DNA from: Bugula neritina
Lineage: Eukaryota; Animalia; Bryozoa
Assembly (NCBI GenBank): GCA_964035545.1
Contig: OZ037765.1
Span: 19,778,995 to 19,842,994 of the forward strand
Direction of reading: 5' to 3'
Length of the DNA stretch: 64,000 nt
Under the pieces are notes generated by a model. The model was given only the letters and a program-made list of their open reading frames with translations. It searched no databases and was not told where the DNA came from. Positions within the stretch are counted from its first letter, which is position 1, and every line of letters begins with the position of its first letter. This document shows positions 33,840 to 45,800 of the stretch, one piece after another. The translations under genes and the position numbers were made by a program.

Positions 33840-36800
33840 TTATGTGACTTCTTTGATATTGCAGTTCTGATCAGTTCCAGCAGCCACATATGAAAAAACA
33901 CACAGCTGTGCATAACATATATCCTTAGCCTGAAAAAGAGAACATGAATGGTAAATTACAACATGTTAGCGAGTGCAGAAAACAAGTTAAACTTCACTAT
34001 GGTTGTAATAAAATAGTTGGGATAGCAACATTTGCAATATTCCTAAGTATACATGTATGTATGAATTCATGGTGCATACATTCTATCTGCCTGAGGTTAG
34101 GTGAAGTATTTTACCTCTATTTGCTAAAAAACAGGAAAATGACTTACATGACTAAAATTATGGAAGGAATAATCTTACCATTGAAATAGATGGGATAAAG
34201 CCCTATATAAGCTCAGTTTCCTTTGATTTTAAACATTAATCATAACCCAATCACTCAGTAATAAGTAAAATCAACTTCACTAAAAACATGCTAGAAATCT
34301 CTGTTAACAAATTGTACTATGATGACCATACTTACCACTTGTGTGTGAAACTTTCTTTGCTTTAGAACCCCAGTTTCTTCTAAAATTAGTAATATTTCTC
34401 ATAATAGATAAAATACTAAACATTTAATTTGCATTACAGACATATCAACATAAACCAAGCGTGAAACTACAAATCTGAGTGCCATATACAAATAATTTTA
34501 GTTCAGAAAAATAATTTACAACTAGTTTTAAGCAACAGACAACACAAGGGCATGTTGTGAATTTGTTAACTGTTTGGTAATGCAACTAAAGGAGACCTTC
34601 ATATACTATAATTTCATCAAGACCTGTGAAGGTTAAATCAACAAACAGGTAATTGGTTAAAGAGAGAAAAAGCATGCTTGGTGTTATGCAAGCAAGAGCA
34701 TCATTACACGTGTTAACCAAATATTATGAGTCACAAACAAGAGCAGTGGTGAAACTACTACAAGGTAGGCTAAGGCAATATCACAGCAAATCATAGCAAG
34801 TTAGCTAAGCCAAAATCAAGCATGTTTCAGAAGCCACTATCACAGTACAGAGTAACACAACTCGTGTTAAAGTCTTTCTACAGGGATTAATAAAGCAAAG
34901 CTCAAATTTATCTCTTGGATTTTCAAGTATTGACAAAACATTTATCAACCTAAACAATTCAATTTTGTTCTTTGATGCAACAAATTTTGTTCCAGCTGTG
35001 CCCTGGTATTGCCTGCAGTACACTTATTCAATTGGCTGATCAGAAGTCAAATCCTTACCAAGTTCTTCAATGACAAAAATGCCTCCTGTCAGTGTGAAAC
35101 ATTTCTTGATACGACTTAGCTCAACAAAGAACTAAAATGTAAGAATGAGAGTGAGTGCAGATGGTGAGAGCGCCAAGTGCACATATAATTATGTTAATTG
35201 CTCTAGACTCATCTATAAATGAAATTCCTGTAAATTGTTGTTTTCATCAATCATGTACCTTTACGTTAAGAGATTTTCATATATTTAACATAAATCTTAA
35301 TGCTGTTGAAATGTTTTACATACTAACATACAAACCAAAGAAAACTTCAATAATAATATGAATTCATTAGATTTGGTCAGTCATAACTTCCAACACAAGA
35401 TCAAATTATATTTAAAGTTTTATGAATGACATGCTATTAATTTCCTGCATGAGCAAGCAGTTAAAGGTCGACAAAAGAGGCTAGGAAAGGATGAGACACG
35501 TGTAGTGTATAGGTACTGGGTTAATCTACCAACAACAATTTACAGTTAAATTTAACTAAAATTTGAAAGAATAATATTTTAATAAAAAGAATTGTCAATC
35601 AAAAGGCAAAATTAACAGAAAAAAATAAATCGCAATCACAAAAAGTGAATTAAATGAGAAGTTTGAATGTGAGTTGAGATAATGAAGCATGCTCTACACT
35701 CTACAGAGATACAACATAATGCAGGCGGCAAATGCAGATGACACACACCACAATATTCACACGATTCAAATGAACAAATGAATTTACCTCCAGGCTCTGT
35801 TAATAATAATAATAAAAAGTATTTATAAATATAGCATACAGTAGGTTTACATAGAATATCATTAATATGAATATAACTCTGGAGAGTATGCATTTGACAT
35901 ATCTACACTTCTGTAGGTGAGCTCATTAGATTATGACATAGACTTTGGCAGACCAACAGGAAATTAATATTAGTAAAGCTACTTCCACTGATTATTAAAG
36001 CAGTGATTGTCAACTTGTATAATGAACATTGTTGAATGTATATATAATGTGGTTGTTGTAACTTGTCCCTAACAGCACATCTACTTCGACATCTTTAGTA
36101 GCAATTGTTACTAGATGAAAGTTAAGCCAAATGAAGATAGCTAACTTTTTTTAATATTTTGAATAGCTAATAATTTGATTTGATTCTATTTCTGTGACGT
36201 TATTTAAAATGATAGGGTAATATTAAAAAAAATTTTAAATAAAAAAAAATGGAGGTGCAAGTTTGACCTGAAATCAAATGTGGTAAAAACGTTCAATATA
36301 TACTTAGCATCTGGCAATGTCTCGGTAAACTGTTTTTCATATAAAGTCGAATTTATCTCAATATTTCAAAGCATGTATTTCTGATAAATCCATGAAGACG
36401 ATACAGATGCTAGCAATATACATCAGTGTTGCATTATTACAAATTTGTGATCATTGTTTCAAAGGTAATTTAGATATTAAATACTTATTCAACAACACCA
36501 CTAGGTTGTCTACATTAACCTATTCACTGAGTATTAAACTACACAGTCACCATCTTTCCACGCACTGAAACCACTGCAATGGCTGCAAAGCCAATCGCAA
36601 TCGTCAATTGACTGTACTACTCAAAGACATGAAGATTGACTTCACACCTGCTGTGATGCATGGAAAGGGAGCTGTGAATACCAGACCAAGCATCGACCAC
36701 CAATGAAAGAGCAGTTAGTGGAGTTGTTTGCACCTGTGTATTACAGCAAGATTACCGCAATGCCAGATTAGCAGAACATGAAAGATTAGGTTAACATGAT

Positions 36801-39800
36801 TGAATCAACTTTATAAATGTGAACTCTTTCAACACTAGTACCCTGTTTACTTAGACCTGATCTCACTCTAGACTTAAACACAACCTTTAGGGAACTGTAA
36901 AGTGATTCAAAGAATAGAGAATCTAAAATACTCTCAACTACACACGTAAAGCATCCTCAACGCTGAACAAGTGACTCTTACTTTGGTTTTGTCAAGCAGC
37001 AGACTGATTCCGTCCATGCAGACCTGCAACACCCCCGACTTATCCGTCTCCAGGTCCCTCACAGGGAACTCTACACTTAGATCCGCCCCTGCGTCACGAC
37101 ACAGATACATGAAAACAGCAAAACATACGTCATTGCAATACCTCCCAGACACTATTTTAAAACAACTCAACATATTTACAAAATATAAAAACTCACAGAG
37201 TTTATGAGAACTATTTATATAGAACTTGATTAAATAATTAATTTTAAATTTCAAATTCAGAAAAGAAATGGTGAAAAAATACTAAATTATCATTTTACAG
37301 AATACAAGTTATCAATAAGAATAAAAGCCTAACTATAATATACAAGGATTACACTGTAGTACTGAGTGAATAAAAAGTAGTACTGAGTGGCTACACTGTA
37401 GTACTAAATGACTAGGTACACACTTACCTGGAACAGGTTGGTTGCTCCTGGAAGCGGACTTCTCCATTGCCTCTTTGATAGCGTTGTACAAATCTTTACA
37501 CTGTAAACAGTTAGGAAAATATGTGATCAGGTTGATGGTAGACATTGAAGTAAACACACGACATTATATAAAGTTATAACCAACTGAATGTGACTATTAC
37601 AAGGGAACTAAGTTTACAATCATGTTGGTCTAATTCCTCACAAACAATTAGTGCTGAGTCATTTGTATTGTCTGAAGACGTTCATGTAGCCACATCTAGA
37701 CTACCTGTCATGTGACCTGTACCATGTGACCCATGTCATGTGACCTGTGTGTTGCATACCTTCTTTGTGTGAAACTTGTTCAACTGAGTTTTATCTCCAT
37801 CTTTCCTCCAAAGACAGAGAACTTTAGTCTTGGGGCAGCAAGTCATGTTCACCAGCCTCTCGTACCACCACCTGTTGATGATGACTCCATTGACTCCTCT
37901 CAGTAGTATGCAGTCATCACACACCTCCATAAACAGCATGTCTCCTGTGTTGTCACTCCCCCAGTGTACAGAGAAAGACAACTTCTGTATAGTTCTACTC
38001 GGCACAGGTCTTATGTTAACATCATTTATGTCCTGTAATTAGGTCAAGCAAATCATTGGAACTGAGCATTTAAAATTAGATCTCCGTTATATATTGTATG
38101 TCATAATGTGACAGACTGACAGTTTCTAAAAGACTGATTAGTTCACAGGTAGAATATAGCTAAATGTGAAAGTTTCTAGAAGGTTCTATTGTGACAATAC
38201 AGACAGAGACAAAACTAGCAGCGAGTATATGAGATGTGAGACTTCCGTAATCTTTTCCCAAGTACAAAGAATTGATATCAAAATCTGCAAATAGTGACGG
38301 CAAGCTCCACATAGGTTATACACCCTGCACGACTATTTGAATCAATACCATAACACTAACAAAGACACACTGCGCATATGCATTCCCATTTATTTAGAAT
38401 ACAGACTTACAATTTTCTCAACATTATCGAGTAGTGTGTTGATGGCATAACTGCACTGCAAGCCGATATGCGACTTTCCCAAGAGTCGTCTGTTCTTTCT
38501 CCTGATCTCTGCTTTAGACGTGCCTATCATGATCATGAAGACGGTGAGGTTGTAGAGCATCGTGCTGAGCAGCTTGTCTTCTTCCAGCTCCAGGTGCTTC
38601 TTCTCAGGGTCTCCTAAAAGCCTGTACCTAAAAGTGCAAAGAACACGACTTCGGATTTAATAAATAACAATTACATACTGCATCCTGAGTTTATACTACA
38701 ATATCTGCATGCTGTATTTGTTATTATATAACCATTTTAATGCAAGAAACTATAATAATACCAAATTATCATTTTACAGAATACAAGCTATCAATAAGAA
38801 TGAAAACCTAACTATAATATATAATGACTACACTATAGCACTGAGTGACTACACAGTAGTACTGAGTGTAGTGACTGTAGTACTGAGTGACTGTAGTACT
38901 GAGTGACTGTAGTACTGAGTGACTACACTGTAGTCACCCAGCCAAACTGTGAAAAATGGCTAAAGGCTAGAGATATATAGTGTGTACTAAATTAAGTGAA
39001 ATGACCCAAGTGCAAACACATGACATAGTAAAGCCAACACACCTGTCCATCAAGGCAGCCGGCTCCTGGTCCAGACCAATGATGTCTCTCTCCTGGGCCA
39101 CGCCGTCCAGAAACATATCCTCCCAGAACTGCATCTGGTCCCACAGCTGAGAGCGAGACTTGCCTGCAACATTGTAGTGAGTTAGACATTGGTAGCAGCA
39201 ACAGTATTGCCGGCTAAACAATATTAGTGGATCTATTTAGAGCTACAGATATCGCTCACCTAGCAATCCTTCAAACACGTATATCCTGGCAGCAGAATGC
39301 TCTGAGCTAGTGCTACTGTGAGACAGGCTGGCTTTACCGTCTGATCCCAGGCTACGCACGGGAGTGCTGGCTGCGGATTTCCTTGTTGCATCATTCTGGG
39401 TGACAGTCAAAGAGTAGTTGTTGATAGCCTGAAAGAGAGTGCAGCAGGTAAACATTCCGTATCCATAGAGAACATAATATTTGTATCTCTCAACATTTAA
39501 GAAGTGGTATAATGATCACGTGTAGAGTTGCGATTTCAACTTTCTTCAAGTTAAAATTGTATTAATCATAATATATATTCATCGGATTGAAACACAAACT
39601 GGCTGTAAAGCTGATGTTACTGGCAAATGCGTGTGGAAATTAATGTGAGAAAACTCTAAAGCTTTAATAGAAATAGCGGACAAGGATTAGCAGTGTGTCG
39701 GGACACGAAACTAAGCATGGCACACGAAATCCATCAAAATAGCAAGATATCAACACACTGGCAAACTGATCAACAAGGAGGCTTCTAGGAAAGAGGAGAA

Positions 39801-42800
39801 AATTTCAACTAACTAAAACCAACACAGAAATTAATACATCAGGTGTGCGTAGATTGGAAACAAAGTGACTGATTTTACAGCAACAGTGGAGGTGTAGAAC
39901 ACAAGCTGAGTAAACTTGAAATCATAAACATACAGCAACAAACGGCATGAAAAGAGGTGCATCAGGCCTTAAGCTGCTTGTTGTACTGCAAAACCACAAC
40001 ATTTAGAATATAGTCAGAGTAAGCCACTCTGTGATTGATTCATACTAACATCACTCAGCTGGTTCAGCCAATCAACTTGTGAGGAACTCTGCACAATTAA
40101 CAATACACGAAGGTAACATTCAATTACTATAATATGGAAAGTCTTGTACCAAAGAAAAAACATAAAACAAACTTTATTTCGTATAAAAAAAATTCCTGTA
40201 TTATATTATGAAATTGAAACTAGAATAAAATAGAATATGGTTAAAGAAAATAAGAGTACGTTAGCTATTAACTATAAGCCACAGTTAGACCGCAGTCATA
40301 ACATGTATAAATCTCAACATCAGTAAGAGAGTTCTAATAAGACAGGATGTAGGGAGAGTGGAGACATACCTCTGAGTTGGTAGGAGAACTCTTTCCAGAG
40401 CTGGAAGTAGTAGCCACTACTTTGAGAGACTGGTGAGATATAGGCAGCCTTGCGCCCTGCCTTCTGTCACCCTCGGCAGAGGTGTCTGGATATGAGAGAT
40501 AATATAGTAGTGTAATATAAAGGGGGCAACAGGAGTGTAACTAGAATAAGCATTTACTGTGAAGCTTAAGAATTGAAAAGCTTACAATCACACTTCTAAC
40601 ATCTACAAGTTTACAGTCAGGGGTGTTCAAAACCATCACATGGTATATGCTCCAAAGTAAAGAAGCCAGGCTACTTAATTTGATGATAGTTAGAATTTAT
40701 TAGCAACAACACTTGAACATGTAAGAATGACCAACAATATTAATAATATGACCGAAAACATGGTTGGTTAACAGCAGCACACAGCTGCTTGCCTAAGGGT
40801 CATAGTTCGTACTATCATAACTACCTTGTACTGCGTACTGCCTATCTGCTATCAGAGATTTGTTGGTTACTAGCTGGTGCATTATGTCTTCATCCACATC
40901 ATTGTTCAATTCTGCAGAGTTGTGTGACCCTGAAATATCACTATATTGAGAACATAACTCCCAAACAAAGGTAACGGTTTACAAAATTGGGCAAGAAAAT
41001 AATTAGGTCTAGAAATACATTCAGTTGTGACTAGTGTCAACATACAAACTTATGGAAGTATTTAAAATATAAAAAATGGTTATAATGCCCATTCACTGCA
41101 GTGTTTCATGCCTATATAAATACATTAAAAGCTTCAAGAGGTTTTTTATATATGAGTCTCAAAAAGTTTGCAGAATGTTGTTTTACTGGTAAATTTTTCA
41201 ACTACAATTTTATTGAGTTTAATTGATAAACAGGGTCTTTAGTGAACTAGACTATTCAGTGCCACATACATGACACGAAGCTGCAAGTGCCCACAGTATA
41301 TATTGCTACACGCTCTCACGCATGACACAAACTACACATACCGCTAGCTGTTTGACTGGCCCCAGTATCCGAATGCTTATGCTGAGTCGGCGTACTGCGA
41401 CCTTCTTTACCCGCAGAAACCAAACTTTCTCGACTCCCAAAAGGCGAGCTGCCCCGCGAGGAGTTGTTGCTCTTTGCATCTTTGACATAGAAATGAGTAG
41501 ACGCTACTTCAAGAACCATGAGGGCGCTAGCTACTCCACCGCATCCATTTGTTTTGAATGTGTGCTCCAGTCCCTGGGTTATTAGAATCAGCAGAGCCAC
41601 AATACCCTTGTAGACGGAGCGCGACACTTGCTGCAAGAATATAGCATTCGAGTTACAGTATCACTCTAGACATCATAGCAGTTGCATTATTGTAGATATC
41701 ATAGTAACCACATTATTGAAGACATCAGTGAATGCATTAGTGTAGACGTTATAGTCAACACACAAAATTTCCTTTTCAAGCCAACTTATATATTTTTGAT
41801 TTGCAGCAGAAACCTTCAACCATAAAAAATGCATAACATTTAGCTGCAGCTTGATTCTAAGAATCAGTGTTGTCTTCTAAGTAAATAACTTGCAATCCAT
41901 TTTATAATTCTTTGCGATTGAAACTGTGTCTATCTAAATCAAACTGAAGGGTTGGAAAGAAAAAATAGTAAACTCTACAAAACCATGACCTGTCTCAGCA
42001 AAATGACACAACTCTCATCTATTATAACTCCAATGACTCACCACATGGCCAATAACTTGGTCCTCATCAGAAAGCTTATTGTCCAGCTGAGTGTTCAGTC
42101 GACTCATAACAAAATTTCTGTAATTCTCATCTTCCATCAGCCTCTTGATGCGGCCCGTCTTGAGCCACCCGACTCCATGACCTTCCAGAACTTGGGCTAC
42201 GGTATCTTTCAGAAACACCTGGTTTTCTCTGCAGCAGAAGAAACATTATAACTTAATTATTTGGTATTTTCTAGTGGCCATTACTATTTAATCTAAAGGT
42301 ATTTTATAATAGCCAATCATAGCAAAAGTGAATGGTGTTTCTCAGATGAAGCAAGACACTGTTTGTCTACTACTATGGCACTGAAATAGTAACTTAGCTA
42401 ACGAAAATTCACAGATGAGTAGAACAGCTGTTTTGCTTGGCACCATGCTACTCTGTGCTGTACAGGTACTGTTGTAGCTTAAATTCACACACTCACCTGA
42501 CTCTGTCAGACAAAGGGGCTAAAAAGAGCACCCTAATTACACATGAGAATACCAGAACTGTTGATTTTAGACACACCATTGAAACAGATCAAACAACTTA
42601 TACACTGATTTCCATTACTTCCAATGTATGCTTGCATGGATGAATTTGCGGTAGCGGTTTGCAATAACTTATGATATTGGTTTAATTCCATGCAACTGTT
42701 TCCAAACATCAAATGAAAAATCCCTTCTGAGAAACTTGAAAACGTAGTGATAGTGTTCAGAGCTGCCCATGCCTGTGTTTAGATCACTAGACTCACCCAT

Positions 42801-45800
42801 GTACCGCATTCCTCGCCTCATTCTGGGTCTTCTCTTTGTGTGGGTGGCTGACGGGACTGCTCATGCTGACAGTAGATGTCTTGTGGTAGTCTAGGCCAGT
42901 GTTATACTGATGTCCCAAGTCTTTACTGTAGGAGGTAGTTCTCGACATCTTAGATCGGGCAGGAGACGACTTCGACTGGGAGGAGCCAAATTTTCCACCA
43001 ACAGAGTCTACCAATGAATATATAAAAGTTGTCACACTGTAGATGAGTCAACAAAGCAATATCTATGTGAAATTTTATTACAAAAGGTTTTAAATTTTAC
43101 TCCATAACACCTCGTTGTCAAAGAAATATCCATATAGGCCAACTTTCATAAAACCTTATGTCCAGAAATCTACTGGAAATTATATTCTGTTTTAAAAAAA
43201 AATTCTGATACAGCTGCACACATAAAGTATGAACTACAAAAACACTATTAAAAGAAAAAATTATATATTAATACATATGTGACTCTTAATATTAAGTTGA
43301 ATAACTTTTTATACAATTTTATGCACTTACTTGAAATTAATTAGTAAATTTGAATTTTGTAATAATTTATTATCACTGTCTATGCATGATTCCTTATGCC
43401 ACAAAACAATTAAGTAATACAAAAATTCAACACCATTGAAAATTTTGTATTAGTTTAACCAACTTCTCAGTTCCTTTATGTCATTTTCTTTTAAAACCTG
43501 TCAACTTATATTATTTCTGACAGCAAAAAGACAGCTGTATAAAGGCGACCTATTTCCTTAACATAATTAATCATCAGACTATTAGAAAAGCATTAGCCTA
43601 GCTGCCTTGTCCTTCATCGCTACAATTTCCTTACCAAACAACTCAGATAATTTAGAGCTTGCTGACTGGGCCACTCCTTCCAGATCAGAGGAGAGATTTG
43701 ATATGAGTCCAGCTGAGGACGTGGACTGCTGGCCCTCACTCTATAAATGAGTTAAATTATAATCTCAGTCTACACACAGACAAGAAGTCGTGTCAGAGAA
43801 CTAGACAAGTTGCAGTCACACTTAGTAAGGGCGTGACTTCAGCAATGCAAAATGATATAAATGCAAGAAAACCTGCTTGTCTGTAATAAAGGTTTATAGA
43901 ATGAAACCATCTAAAAGTTAATAAAATTAAAAGCTTGCTAGGATAATTTCGCACAGACTAAAGACATGAACCATATTACAGTAACTACTAAGCCACAGCA
44001 GCCTATATATCAGAGTTTGTCTTTCCAAGTTTTCATATTTATAATGTCCGGCCTTCATTTAATTATATTTCCTGTCATGAGAATATGTTATATAGAATAT
44101 TTAGGTACAGATTAGATTGACGGAGTTGATTTCAGCTAAATTAAAATAGCAACAACACAGAATGTATGGGAGTCACATGTTTCATATAACTGAGTACAAG
44201 TATATAACTTGTACAATATAGCACCTACCGAAGTTTTCCCCTTTGCATTCTTTGGAGGTGGTGGGTTTCTCCTTGGAGCTGGCTTAGGTGGGACTTCTTT
44301 CTCAACTTGGCTGTTTTCCTATTATATAGAAACATATTAAAACTACATTGAAATACATATATACTAATAAATCCTAAAGAAGAGACAGTCTTACAACAAA
44401 GCTTAAGCCCTAAACAGAACTTGACGGCTGAGAACCACAGGTTGTCATAAGCTAGTTGATTTCTTTTATTAAGTAAAATGGTTCAAATGAGTTCAGTATT
44501 TTTTGCAATCCATGCATTTCTTAACACAAAACCAAAGTATAAAAAGTTCCATATTTTAGTGTACGTTGAATATTTAAACCAAGCACCACAACGAATACCA
44601 ATTTTATTGCAAAAATTCATCACAGCATAGCATAACACCCACATATACAACCAAAATCTGCATGAATGGGAAGTTCTACATATGATAATGCAATGGCTGC
44701 AGAATGTTGATAGCAGGGCTTAGAATAACTCACTGGACTGCGAGCTGGGGCTGCCCGATGACTTGCAGTATTATTGTAGGTTAGGAGCTGGTTAGGGTCA
44801 TTTTCCTCAGTGGAGCTGTTACATTCATCACTACTGTCACTTTCACTGCTAGATGAAGGGGCCACTAGGGTGTCTGTCTGTAACAGAAGTATATGTAGCA
44901 TTAACTAGGCAGTAAAGGAACATGTCTGTCAAAGTATGAGAGCTGCTTGCTAGTACATCAGGAGATTGATAGTATGTGCGATGCATAATCCTACTATATA
45001 GTGTACTGCTAGTTATATCACACGGTAACCATTATACAAGTAAACCACAGACTGGTAGCTAGAATTCTTCATAAGAAACTTATACCATAAACATAACAAC
45101 ATAACATGATATATACATAATACAAACAACCACATAGTTGTATTAATATACTGGTATGTAGACGAAGCACTCATAAAATCATCTCTAAAGTTAAAGATTT
45201 AAGATTTATATTTTTTGGGAGAAAATAAAGAGTCCAACATTTGATCACTAAGTTATTCACAATTTGAATAAAAAGGCTAATCCTAGAGAAAAACTGTAGC
45301 CTGTAAGTAAATTATGGTATACTCTATGAAGTTCAGTGGGTGGTCTGTAAATATCATCTACAGCTATTGTGATTGGCTGTCCAGCTGTGTTGGCATCATG
45401 TGATTGGTCAACATCTGAATCGCTTGTTGCCGGATAGAAATGTTCATCATCACTCTCACCACTCTCATCTGTGGAAAAAATATTGCAAGCAATCATATAA
45501 ATTATGGTCTGCGTTTATATTTTTACCTCCAAAATTTAAATAAATGCATCAAAACTTTACAAACCCATGTAGGATCTAGTGAAAACAAAATCTAGTTAGA
45601 TGACCTTCGCTTTTTTTAAGTAACTAAGTAACTTGTACTAGTATGATTTTCGGTTACCATGCACACAACAAATAGAAATTCATATTGACGGAGAGAAGAT
45701 AACCGCTAACCAGTAGGCGCATCTGTACTTTTTTCTGCCAGGTGGAATATAGAATTGTCAATGTTATTGCAGGCTGAATATGACATCTTGTGCTGATTAG

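Noticed and set aside
38826-38935. Regular short repeats superficially like a CRISPR array
   Set aside because: Head-to-tail minisatellite without unique spacers in an animal intron; no cas genes.
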